Positions 52,250-63,314 of a stretch of 64,000 bases of DNA are shown here, piece by piece; positions within the stretch are counted from its first letter, which is position 1, and each line of letters opens with the position of its first letter. The stretch lies in assembly GCA_030295235.1 (NCBI GenBank), contig AP026126.1:310001-374000 (forward strand), written 5' to 3'. Under the pieces are notes generated by a model, which did not search any database, was not told where the DNA came from, and saw nothing but the letters and a program-made list of their open reading frames with translations. A program made the translations under genes and the position numbers. The DNA is from Fistulifera solaris (lineage: Eukaryota).

Positions 52250-52541
52250 TATTATTTATTCTCGCAATTGATAAAGAGGGTTTGAATACCCCGTAGAAGA
52301 TTAAAAAAGAAAAAAGGACGCGAAAAATAAAAAGTCGAGGCAAATTGACGTGTCGCACTGGTCATCTTGGCTGCATTTCGTGTGAATGACGTCACGGGTT
52401 GGAGGGAGAAACGCGACGCTCACTTTTTTTCGCGAAGACGCAACACAAATAATTGTGTTGGCAACGATTATGGTCTCGACATGATTTTGACTTGCGCCTT
52501 CTTTCAGTAGATTTATTGTTAAACACTTCGAAAACATAAAG

Positions 52542-53591
52542 ATGGAAAAAACTATCCGTGCATTATTGCTACTTCTTTGGTATCGACTTGCCGCGAACAG
52601 TCTCTCCGTGCCGGAAGGCATGACGACTCATCGTAGAGCCTTTTTATTGCAATCGACGGTAGCGTTGCTAACACCTTCCGCTGGAGTAGCGGCCGTGACC
52701 GATGAAACCAACGCCTTCGCGAGTACATGGTGGTCTCAAGACGCTGCTGCTACGAAAGTGACAGCACCAACGGATGCATCTGATGAAGTCACTCTTCGAG
52801 TTTCGAAAGAGCAAATTCGTCAGCGGCGGCTCGGTCTGGAACTCGCCGATCTAGATTTCAAAACAAACCTGCGCGTGTACGTCAAATCGGTTCAAATGGG
52901 ATCACTCGCGAGTGAAGTAGGAATTCAACAAAATTGGGTCGTAGTTGGTTTGAATGGGCAATCGACTGAACGAACGAACGCCGAAGGCGTCGCGGTTCTG
53001 CTTTCCGAAGCACTGAACGACAAGCGCGATTATGTGGAACTGCGCTTTCGTGACCCTGCCGTCTTTCGAAATAAATTACAAAATTTGAATGTTAATGAGT
53101 CGGTCACCACCCAAGTTGCTCCAGCAGGAGATACCACACAACGGAATCAAGATGGTAGTGTCCAGAAAGGGCGGACAGTCACAGCACAAGACGACCAAAA
53201 AGTCACCGTTTCACAATTGATGCCGCCGAAGATGTGTACTCGAGGTGCGCAAGTTGACGACTTATTAGAGATATCGTACATTGGGACGGTAGTCGAAACG
53301 GGAGCGATCTTTGACGGATCGGCCGTGAAAATAAATGGACAGGGTATTCCAGGCAGAGGAGATGATGTTTCATTGTTCTTTGTTCTCGGAAAACAACCAT
53401 TTGGGCAGTTTCCTCCGGGATGGGATGTTGGCTTGGTTGGTTGTTGTGTTGGTGAGAGGCGTCGACTCCTAATTCCACCCGCGCTGGCCTACGGATCCAA
53501 GGGTCTCCCTCGAAGAGGGATTCCACCGGATGCCACATTGCAATACGATGTAACACTTGTTTCACTCAACGGATTATCCACTCCACAATAA
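52542..53591 (+). CDS. PDZ-like plus FKBP-type peptidyl-prolyl isomerase, likely thylakoid-lumen targeted
   Basis: Signal peptide and twin-Arg HRRAFL. PDZ-like VYVKSVQMGSLASEVGIQQNWVVVGLNG. FKBP motifs ISYIGT..FDGS...PPGWDVGLVGCCVGERRRLLIPPALAYGSKG..IPPDATLQYDVTLV. Confidence 0.85.
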   Translation: MEKTIRALLLLLWYRLAANSLSVPEGMTTHRRAFLLQSTVALLTPSAGVAAVTDETNAFASTWWSQDAAATKVTAPTDASDEVTLRVSKEQIRQRRLGLELADLDFKTNLRVYVKSVQMGSLASEVGIQQNWVVVGLNGQSTERTNAEGVAVLLSEALNDKRDYVELRFRDPAVFRNKLQNLNVNESVTTQVAPAGDTTQRNQDGSVQKGRTVTAQDDQKVTVSQLMPPKMCTRGAQVDDLLEISYIGTVVETGAIFDGSAVKINGQGIPGRGDDVSLFFVLGKQPFGQFPPGWDVGLVGCCVGERRRLLIPPALAYGSKGLPRRGIPPDATLQYDVTLVSLNGLSTPQ

Positions 53592-53696
53592 TATTGATTG
53601 ATAAAGACTAACACAATTGGTCTACCTCTTATAAACATTGTTAGGAATAATGCGTAAGGTTACGGACTAGCCAGAGACGTGGTGGAATTGGCAAGC

Positions 53697-55125
53697 TCAT
53701 CGTACGCGCTCGCGAGTATATTCTTGTATCCACGCTCCCCAAGAGTCTTCATCATTGCATTGTATCAAGGCGGTTGTCTCCTCAATGGAATGGTCTCCAC
53801 ATGAGTCAAGGGTCATTCGAGACTCTGATTGCTGGTCAGCGCTGGCTTCGTCCTTATTCGCATTTTTAGAAACTAGCTCCGGGGGTTCATAAGTGTCTCT
53901 TTGTTGTTCCATTTCTAGTTCAGCAAATCTATGCTCCAGAACCTTTTCTGCTGCAGTGTAACATGCCTCTGCGAAGCTTTCCATCGTAAATGGGCGTTCA
54001 GTCTTGGGATCAATCGTCGACGGGTTCATAGGGGTCCATGGATTGCCGTCCGCATGCAAGTAAGCTCCGCGCAGGGAATTATTGAAGTCCGGATCAAGTG
54101 CAGCGCGCAGAGCGGACCGTGCTCCCTGGCTCGGGCTGAATTGTGATACGAACCTCTTTATATGATACACCGGACCCAATCCAGGCATACCACCATTGTT
54201 CCCTGTCGCAATAGAACCCGTATGATAGCTTATGAAATTGAGTTCGGGATATAGCTTGGCCCAATGCATCACATCCACTAGGACCGCCATTTTTGAGCGA
54301 CCAACTTGCGTACCGACCTTGGCTACAGCTGCAAGTTTTTCCGCAGTTGTAAATTGCACGCCTCCCGGCTCCGTCCCGCTGATCCGCTCCTCGTTTAGTG
54401 GTACAATGTAGCCAGCCGGTGCACCTCCTTCTTTGGGAAACGACAAAAGCCGTTGCGGAACAAAGTTGTGACCCAGACAGTGTCCAATCGAAGATGTACA
54501 TACCACACGAGGCTTGTACGATGGCGTCGCCGCCTGCCGCAAAAGGGGGATCCATTTTTGGTCAAGTAATGTGTTGTCAAAAAGTTACAGCCAGTATTAT
54601 ACTCAAAACCATCGGCGGTAAGTTTTGCTTCGGCGGATCCGACGCTCGCATGTTGCACGCACACGTGCAGCTTCCCATCGTATTTGGAGTGAGCGAGTTG
54701 TTCACATTGATGTGCAGCTGTTTGAGCCGAGTCGAGTGATGCGATGTGAAAACGCTGAATATAGAGTTTCGGTCGCTGCAATCCACGCCTCGACGCCTCC
54801 TCGCGAATTGCCTGTACGACTGAGCGGAGACCTGTTTCACTTTTCCCCAAAAGGAGTACATGCATTTCGGCCTGAACCGCTAGTTCGAGGGCAATGTGAT
54901 GTCCCACCTGCCCGCTTACGACACCCGTCACAACTGCTAATTTGCCCTTGACAGCTTCTTTGGCTTGTGGAGCTTCGCGAAAAGGGTATATACATAGTTT
55001 TCTGCCGATGTTGCCAGGAGACTGTTTTGTGAACCTCCATAGAAAGCTGAATGTTTCAGTTTCTCGTATTCTATGTAGCAGTCTTCCGGATGCCGCACTT
55101 CAGTCACGTTTCCAACGTACGGCAT
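53697..55125 (-). CDS. Short-chain dehydrogenase/reductase (retinol dehydrogenase/WWOX-like); frameshifts near 54958 and 54555
   Basis: Reconstructed KGKLAVVTGVVSGQVGHHIALELA, TADGFEYNTGCNFLTTHYLT, RVVCTSSIGH, SPSQGARSALRAALDP and GAYLH. Confidence 0.75.
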
Positions 55126-55944
55126 CCTTTCAAACCAGGATGTTTCCTTTACTTAGAAGGATGTATTAGTTGCTTGAAAAGGAGATGAACTCGACGAGAT
55201 CGTTAATTCGAAAGGCAGAATAAATCATCATCGAAAGACTCGATCGCATCTTGCGACGGAAATTGGTCACATGTCTGTTGCTCTGTTGTGGAGGAAGACG
55301 CAAACGCGGGCGGGAAATGCCATGTCCCGTCTACATTATCCCGATCCCGTCAGTCTACATTATTCTATCCCGACGTTTGCCCGTAGTATTTAAGATGCTC
55401 AGAAGCTCACAGTTGCTGGAAATTCACACTAAGACAAAATAGCAGATAATAAACGCGAAAATCCTAAATAAATAATAAATGGACATTGCCCGAAGCATTC
55501 CACATTACTACTTGACACAAAAACCTTGTCCGTTTGTCCTACTAATCTTTTCTGTGCGAGGCACTGATTATAGATTATTGCCCTTTTCTTAAAACTCCCT
55601 AAGTCATTGAGGCTTAAGATTGAATGGCTTGGTGTTCGGCGTTAGGCGTTCGGCGTTCGTTTTTCAATAAGGATCCACAGAGCCAGAATTTCGAGAGCAC
55701 ACTACTTTTGCAACTAATAGTGTGGATTGATTTGGGGCGTTTCCATTTTCCGTTTCGTTCGGTGTTCGGTGTTCGATCGGCGTGCCGCGCGACGCCTCCA
55801 AGCGATTTTTTTCCGACATCCGATCTCTTGCCGAGAAAATTTCGCAAGGTGACTTCATTGATGATGCTGATAATTAATCCGAAACAGCGTCACTTCATCT
55901 ACAGCAGATTTGATTTACACGCTTGCTCATGAAATACTTTGAAC

Positions 55945-57204
55945 ATGCAAACGTTTATTCCAGACAACGAAAGTATACCACCAGCCATCGTATCTTGGGA
56001 TGAAGTGAGAATCGGCAAGCTGATCGCCACAGGCGCATTCAGTGCGGTGTACTGCACCGATAAAAAGGATAACTGGTCGTCCTCGTCAACGTCTCTGAAT
56101 TTTGATGAATCCTTAAGTGCCATGTTCTTCGAAGATGATTTAGAAGACGTCTTGACAAAAGCAACGCAAGGATCTGAAAGTGAATTCGGTGATCCATCGC
56201 ATTCTTCCAGCGATCCGTCCTTGGTTTCGGAAAATTCACGGCTGGTTCTGAAGTGCCTCAACAAATCGTCTCGCTCCGGTAGAACGCACAAGGCTATGGC
56301 GACCCGAGGTTTAATCAATGAAGCATCCATTCTCATGTCGTTGGCGCCACATCCCAATGTCACACGGTTAGTAGGTGTCTCCAACGATCTGCTGCACGCC
56401 AATCCAGACAAGGGCTTTTTGGTGTTTGATCGAATAGCCGATTCCTTGGACCGCATATTAGTGCGATGGCAAATATGTCCCGATGATCACGATCAACTTT
56501 TGTCACTGTTGGGTCCTGATATACAATGGAAAGATAGTGCCTTGTTGAAGGAATCACCACTGCATTGGAGATTAAAACACATTGTTTTGGGGATGGCCAA
56601 CGGGCTTGCCTTTTGCACAAAAATTCGGTCCTTCATCGCGATTTCAAGCCATCTAATGTGGGTATTAGCTACGATGGAACCGTTCGAATACTTGATCTCG
56701 GTAGTGCTCGCAGACTCCCGGTGCCGGGAGGATTTGAGCTCACCAAAGGGTAAGTCGACTATGTGAGGATGTTTCTTGATTTGTAACGTTCGCTTTCTCA
56801 TTCGAAATCATGTAAAGCGTTGGAACACGAAGATACATGGCACCCGAGGTGGATCGTTCTTCTCGTGCACCAGACTATGGCCATCCGGCCGACGTCTTTT
56901 CTTTTTCGATTGTTTTTGGGAGGTGCTGACGCAGCGGAAAGCCTTTGACGAATTCCGACATCTCAACCGCCTAGAGATTAAACATGTCATGTATATAGAC
57001 AAAGAAAGGCCGCGGTTGGATCTGGATGCATGTGCACCCTTTCGTGATGCTCTTCTGTGTGGATGGGATCATGAGCCTAGCGTGCGACCGACCATTTCCG
57101 ATATGATCAGTCGGATCGAAGCCGAGCTAGCTGGTGATGGACCACTGGAATGTTGGCAGCCGGATGCCCAATTGCGAAGACCATCCAAGTTATACTTTCT
57201 ATAA
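55945..57204 (+). CDS. Tyrosine-kinase-like Ser/Thr protein kinase; intron 56750-56817; frameshifts near 56611 and 56913
   Basis: IATGAFSAVY, VLKCL, NEASIL..HPNV, HRDFKPSNVG, DLGSAR, GTRRYMAPEV, ADVFSF and W..EPSVRPT. Confidence 0.85.
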
Positions 57205-57355
57205 TAAACAATCTAGAGAGCTATACTAAGGAGTATGTTGGCACCCTTATTGCTACTTGCTACCAGGTACCGGTACCTACTTGTGGTAGTCTGCAAAAAT
57301 GACTTTGCCAAAACTGTAGGGATTGTAAATTATAAAATTCCGACAAGAAACAAAT

Positions 57356-57428
57356 GGTGGATTAGCTCAGTTGGTAGAGCATCGGATTCCAGTCCCGAAG
57401 GTCGCCGGTTCAAGTCTGGTATCCATCA
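57356..57428 (+). tRNA. trnW: tRNA-Trp (anticodon CCA)
   Basis: Acceptor stem GGTGGAT/ATCCATC, D-arm GCTC..GAGC, anticodon loop TT-CCA-GT, T-loop TTCAAGT and a downstream T-run terminator. Confidence 0.92.
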
Positions 57429-57995
57429 TTTTTGTTCAGTTGAGGGTGGTTAGTACTATTTTTTCATGTAGTTTCATTGAAATCGCTTTTTCTATTTTGT
57501 AAGAAGAAAACAATTTTTCACAAAATAACCAAACCTCTATGATATTTATTCTTAATTTCCTAAAGTCAGAATGTAATTTTGACATTCGACTGAATTTTCC
57601 TATATATTCCAATCTGGCACTTCGCTGAGTAGGTTCTGGTTCTAGGCTCTAGCTCTCTAGAGTGCTGGTAGAGGGCAAGTCCATAGCCCGTTTCCCAATG
57701 ATGGGGAAACCGTCTTGGCATTCCTTCACGATTGCTTTGCCGACTTGCTTCCATGGTGAACAATATAATTTCTAAATAAATAACAGACCAGGTAGTTACC
57801 TGGTACTGGTACTCGAGCCGAAGTTGGTCGCTTTAGCAGTCCGGCAACCTTAACCTTTTACGTCAAACATTCTCGTCCTCTTTCATTATTTATCGACAAA
57901 AATGACAGGAGCAGGATGAAAGACAATGCTACGTTAATTTATTTATTTATTCATCAGGCGGCCAACATACTATCCTTCTTCCTCTCAAAGTAATA

Positions 57996-59405
57996 ATGAT
58001 GTATTCACTCAATCCTCAGGTTATGAATTACGAAACGCTCACTGCCGCAACCGCCGAGTCGTCAACGATCGAAGAAGACAGCACGGAAAATGCTGCCAAC
58101 AAGTCGCTTGCCTACGAATCTTCGTATTTGCCCTGCTCGCAATTTGCTTGTTTATACACTCATCAAAAGACACAGAAACGAAAAGTCTGGCAAGATGGTC
58201 GTTTAGTGCTGCAAGGATCACGTGCGGCTCTGCATGCGGCACATATTGTCCCGGGTTCGGCGGATCCTCTCTTAGACGAATGCGACGTATCTCCCTCCGA
58301 GGCTACCTCCATTGTTGCGGGTCATATTACGGACCTCGAAATGGACAAATTTCTGGTCACGGTTGATGGTCCGTGGGTGCCCAAGAATAGCAGTCAAGAA
58401 AGTCAACGTCCCACCAGTGCACCCGCATCCGTTTCCATGCAAAAACTGTTGACGCAAAAATACCGCAAACCAGCGCCACAAATTCCGCCTCCCCGCACTG
58501 GAAGAGTGCCCAACGTGAACCGCAAACGGCCATTGCAACCGGGAGAATTGCATCGAAAGTATTATGGTGATAGTAATGGAATTCCGCGGCCGATCAGTGG
58601 CTCTGTTGAGGGGGGAAGTCAATGTCGGCCCTTCGTCGCAAGGCATTCCTCCTCCAGCTTATCCGTCACCCGGCAACGCACACATTGCACCTGCAGCCCC
58701 TCATCGGTCCAGCACATACATGAGCGTCTCGACGGAGACCGACCCTTTGTAAGCCCGCAGTTGCCGCAACAACAGATGACGGAGCAAACGAATTATACAG
58801 CAACATTGCCGACAAGACAATTGAATGATATTGCAGACAATAGAGGTTACAATCCTAATAGTTTCTATGGGGAGGAAGAGGAAGAAGAAGACGCAGTGGC
58901 TGATAACAACTCTGGTCCCGACCTTTTCCAAATCCCTGCTGAGCTTGAGGGGTGTAGCGACCAATTCCAAGTACCTCACTCTCTAAATGAAACCAATCAA
59001 TTTCAAGTCCCTGAATCAAGTAGCGAGCTAACTTTCTTTCGCTCGCCAGAACTGAACGAGGAAGCGGATTTTGGTAACAATCGTGAACGTGACGGATCAG
59101 CGCAAAATCATATTCCGGTCCCTGCTTCAAAGTCGTCAAGCAACAGTCGACCCCCAAACTCCGATACCACGGACCATCGTGGATCAACTCTATCGACGTC
59201 GCAACTCCTCAGTTTGTTCGGTGCTGGTGACCCACCTGCGACGGCAGAAAATGACACCCAATCGCAGCAAGCATCTTCGGAAACCGATACTAACCTTAGC
59301 GATAAAGCAACCCCCGCCTTTTCACGCAATAAGGACGAGCTAGTCCATCAAGACGAGTTTCAGCTGCCTTCGGATGACTCATCTTCTGACGACGAGGAGG
59401 TCTAA
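57996..59405 (+). CDS. DUF2439 (ZGRF1/Mte1 N-terminal) domain protein with a disordered C-terminus
   Basis: FACLYTHQKTQKRKVWQDGRLVL...LEMDKFLVTVD matches the YTHQK.KK.KVWQDG signature. Confidence 0.75.
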   Translation: MMYSLNPQVMNYETLTAATAESSTIEEDSTENAANKSLAYESSYLPCSQFACLYTHQKTQKRKVWQDGRLVLQGSRAALHAAHIVPGSADPLLDECDVSPSEATSIVAGHITDLEMDKFLVTVDGPWVPKNSSQESQRPTSAPASVSMQKLLTQKYRKPAPQIPPPRTGRVPNVNRKRPLQPGELHRKYYGDSNGIPRPISGSVEGGSQCRPFVARHSSSSLSVTRQRTHCTCSPSSVQHIHERLDGDRPFVSPQLPQQQMTEQTNYTATLPTRQLNDIADNRGYNPNSFYGEEEEEEDAVADNNSGPDLFQIPAELEGCSDQFQVPHSLNETNQFQVPESSSELTFFRSPELNEEADFGNNRERDGSAQNHIPVPASKSSSNSRPPNSDTTDHRGSTLSTSQLLSLFGAGDPPATAENDTQSQQASSETDTNLSDKATPAFSRNKDELVHQDEFQLPSDDSSSDDEEV

Positions 59406-59446
59406 ATTTACCATTTAGCCGTATCTCGCTGTAGTATTTTAACATA

Positions 59447-62134
59447 CTAGAAATGCCCGCTTGAGGAATCGGAGCTCAAATCACCATCTTCGTCGAATGG
59501 TAAAAGTTCCTCTTGCGCTGAAATAGAAAGTCCCATCCAATCCGCATTAAAAATTTGGAGTGAAAGCACAAATGCAGCCGTTGCATAACCAGTTGCCACA
59601 CTCCCAGCAAGCGAGTCAACGTCGTAGCTGTAACCAAAAACACAAATTGCCGCCAGTGGCATAGTAACTAACCATCGCGACAGCAAAATTGCGGCGGATG
59701 CGACGGCATACCGACCCTGCGCGCCAACCAAGCTCCAATACACTTGAGCCAACGTCATGGGGATGTTTGCGAGAGATGTCAAACCAAGAAGATTATTGAT
59801 GATCGTTTGGAGTACAGTATCGGTTGTCAGTGATTCTGAAATGTTAGGACCGGCGACAAGAAATATAGATGTTATGACCAATGCTTGCACACAAGCCCAG
59901 AAAGCAACTTTGCTTGAGAGCAATTTAGCATCGACCGGAAAGCCCTCAGAAAGATAGTACGTAACGCGAACGGAAGCGGATTCGCCCAATCCTTCAGTTG
60001 CAGACAAGCATACTTCCCACAGGTTACCCACTACTGCAAATGCAGCAACTAGTGTATGAAACATATTGAGTAAGAAGACTATCAGAAATGGGAAGACATA
60101 CAATCTCATTCGTACCTTCAGCGCCACCAAGGTACCGAGCGAACAAAACTAAAACATCCCACTGAGGAGCACGATGAGGGCGATCATGAGATCAGTGTCA
60201 AACCTGTCGCAACTGCATTTCCGTGGCTTACCTCCCCAAGCTCTAAAAACGACCCAACAAACAGCGGTACAACCTGCATGAAGAAGGTTAAAACTTTCCT
60301 TGGATCCTGTAAATTGGTACGCAATAGAAGTTGAGCATCACTCATTTGGCACTCTAGCGAGGAGCCAGCAACAACTTACCATCAAGGACAAACGACCGAA
60401 AACTCCTTTCTGATATTGACGAACCCATCCTTTTTGGAAAGCATATGTAACCTTTGTTATGGTCTTCGCTATTCCGATAATGACTTGGATCCACCCGATG
60501 TTCTCCAGTGTGGGCATTGTGTCGGTGCTCGTGACGGCTATCGCGACGACAACGACGAATGTTAACAAAGTTGCAAACACGTCAATTGTTCGTTCGAAAT
60601 GCGCCTGGCCGCTCAAGTGAAAGGGAAGCATGAAGGCTTGTGTGGTACCTCGTAAGATGTAATCAACTATTATAATCTTCGCATAGGGTGCTGCAATCTC
60701 GGCGATCGAATCTGATCTCACCAGCCACTTGACAACATCGTCGATGACCAGTGCCCACACCAGAAGAATAGGAGCCCCAACTATAATCTGCATAATGATT
60801 GCCAGTTGAACATAGTATCCCGCTTTTTGAAAACCCTCGTCACCGCCTTGTGATATTGCTTCCTTCAAAAGACTTGATTCAACGTCGGTCACGGCACCCG
60901 ATACCTCCTCTGTGGTCAAACGAACAAAAAGAACCACGAGAACGAACGCGGTCATCGAATCAGTGCCACGTTCAACATAGTGAGAGATGATTGCGATTAG
61001 GACAAGGCGGAATAATGGATCCGCTAGCGCACCAACGCTGGCAGGAATAGCCAGCTCTAGCATCCTTCGAGACTCATAGTCAGTCTCTGCCAAATCGAGT
61101 ACGTGGTCAAAGCAACCACACAACATCCGTAAAGGGCCCCATCGAATCACGGCATTTCCTTGTGGTTGATAATCTTCAATGCGATTTACTCTCCCTACGT
61201 CGTGAGCATCCGCAGCGTCTTCGGGTGACAGGACATCCGGCGACAATGGAGGCATTATCGAGTTGTCAGATTCACTGAGCGCTGAACGAGACCGCTGTCT
61301 CGCTCGACGAATATATCTCCGCCTATAGAACTCCGCTTCTCCTTCCACCACTTCTTCGGAAAGCACACTGCTGGCAGCGTCGCTGACGGAACGTCGTACG
61401 CGAGAGGAATGAACCTGCCTCGAACCGCGACTCGATCGACTTCTCCGTGACGCGAAAGAACCTTCTTCAGAGGCTTGCGACTGTCGTTCTGTTTCCAGTG
61501 ACCGCATGACAAAATCGGCACGGCCGAGTGGTCTGGAATGTCCCCAAGGACGCCGAGCTGCCAGCATGGAGGAACTACTGGAGCCCGATCTTCGTCGTTC
61601 ACCAGGTTGGGCGTTATGATCGTGCTGTACCCTAAAGGAATTATTCAACGCTCCTCTTGAAGGTTGACCAAGCGAAGCAACTGGACGCTCTGGTGCAGTT
61701 TCATTCGGCTGCAGATTCATATTGCTCAACGCGGGTATTTCGCCAACCCAGTTTTCTTCACTTTTAATTGCGACATTTCCCTTTTGCTCTGGTCTTGCTG
61801 ACATATTTTCCGCAAAATTGTTATTTTGCATCATATCAGTCGAATGTGCAATGGTAACCGGTGTAAGTGGAGGCTGTGATGTCATTTCCACCATCTCTTG
61901 TTCGCTCCTGACTGGAATTTCACCGTTCTCCGAGGTGGGGTCGTCTTGTCGCGAACTGGCTGTCATTCCTCGCGTGATTTTCTTGTCACGCCAGCATATG
62001 ATTGGGATGGCTAAAATGAGCGATACACCCACGTACACAGAGAAAAAGGCAATTAAACCGGGCGGCGTCTCTTCACTGGAAAGATCATAATCTTCAAAAC
62101 CGTCAACAGTGAATTTGTAAGGACCGTCACTCAT
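59447..62134 (-). CDS. MATE-family transporter with an extra N-terminal TM and long disordered cytosolic region; about 2 introns between 60140 and 60380
   Basis: ELAIPASVGAL, QAFMLP, VRVTYYLSEG and SLVGAQGRY, with a 12-TM-like pattern. Confidence 0.7.
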
Positions 62135-62702
62135 TTTTCAGTCAACGAAAGTACTGTTTCTCCAATCTCACGAAGCCCAGCTCTGAGGTAGTCTTCCCCT
62201 TGCGGTCGAGTAAGTTAATACGAAAGGTAACGTGCAGCCGAGTCTTTCTCTCATGTGGTCCGCTTTTGTTTGCTTTCTTTCTCGTCGTCCGAGCAATCTG
62301 GCGAAAAATACTCCGTCAATAAGCTGTGCTCTGTGCACGTGCGTGATGTATGGGCGATGTCGGTGTGGCATTAACCGTTTGTCAAGTTGGTCCATATCCC
62401 ACATCCCACATCACATACCTGGTAATAAAACTACAAAAAAAAACGAAGAGAGCCCTGTCAACCGCAACTCATCATCACAAAGCCATCCCTTGTCAGGCAA
62501 CTCCATGCATTGGATATACGGCAGGATTCATCAACGAAGAGGTCATAATATGTAGCACCTGTTAGACTAGCTTCATTTTATGTGGAACGAGGTTGGTAAT
62601 CGCGCATCTAAGCAAAAGGAGAAGCTAGCAACGGCATATTTTGCTGTGATACAAGTATAAGTCTCTATTAGTTGAATCTACAACGAAGCACCATGCCTTG
62701 TT

Positions 62703-63314
62703 TTATAAACTTTCCGCGGCCGACGCTTCCTCGGATGTTGTTGAGCAGTCCTTGTACGTGCCTTTTGCTGTCTTGTCAACAATTTGGGCCGGCTCAAACA
62801 TAACAACGCGTGGTTCTTCATAGGGAATGATATGGTCGCTCCCACTGCTACTATCGCCTCTTGACATGGTCTTTTCAGTGAGATATGACGATAGTTTATT
62901 GAGACGAGGAAACCTCACATTCTGCGTCGATGGTACTGCGTTTTCTTCTCCCTGACTCAGATCCTCGTTGGAGACATATTTGTCCAAAAAGTCATGTAAG
63001 AATATACTGAGCCCTTCCTTTGTGTGAGATTCATCTCCGGATTCAGCCAGGCGTTGCTTAAAGTCACGGAATATCCTTGGATTCGCTGTCAACACTTTGA
63101 CTTTTCTGTGGAATATGTCATCATCGATTATGGAAGACAACGAATGTGAAAGGCTATTCATCATGAGTCTGCCCTCAAACTTGTGTCGTAATTTTGACAT
63201 GGTGAATGTCTCACGACGAAGAGAAACATTGGAAGTGACCGCCGGCAGATTGTCCCAGTCCAAAGAATTTCCATCGGCAAGCGCCAGGGGTGAAATGTTG
63301 AATTGAGCATCCAT
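62703..63314 (-). CDS. Hypothetical protein
   Basis: Intact 203-aa ORF with ATG in an A-rich context. No family recognised. Confidence 0.55.
   Translation of the reverse strand: MDAQFNISPLALADGNSLDWDNLPAVTSNVSLRRETFTMSKLRHKFEGRLMMNSLSHSLSSIIDDDIFHRKVKVLTANPRIFRDFKQRLAESGDESHTKEGLSIFLHDFLDKYVSNEDLSQGEENAVPSTQNVRFPRLNKLSSYLTEKTMSRGDSSSGSDHIIPYEEPRVVMFEPAQIVDKTAKGTYKDCSTTSEEASAAESL

Noticed and set aside
57235..57453. 72-aa ORF
   Set aside because: It spans the tRNA-Trp gene and is spurious.
13534..59405. Functional cluster of DNA-maintenance genes (WSS1, MCM4, POP, DUF2439)
   Set aside because: They are spread over 45 kb among unrelated genes, which is expected by chance in a compact genome.
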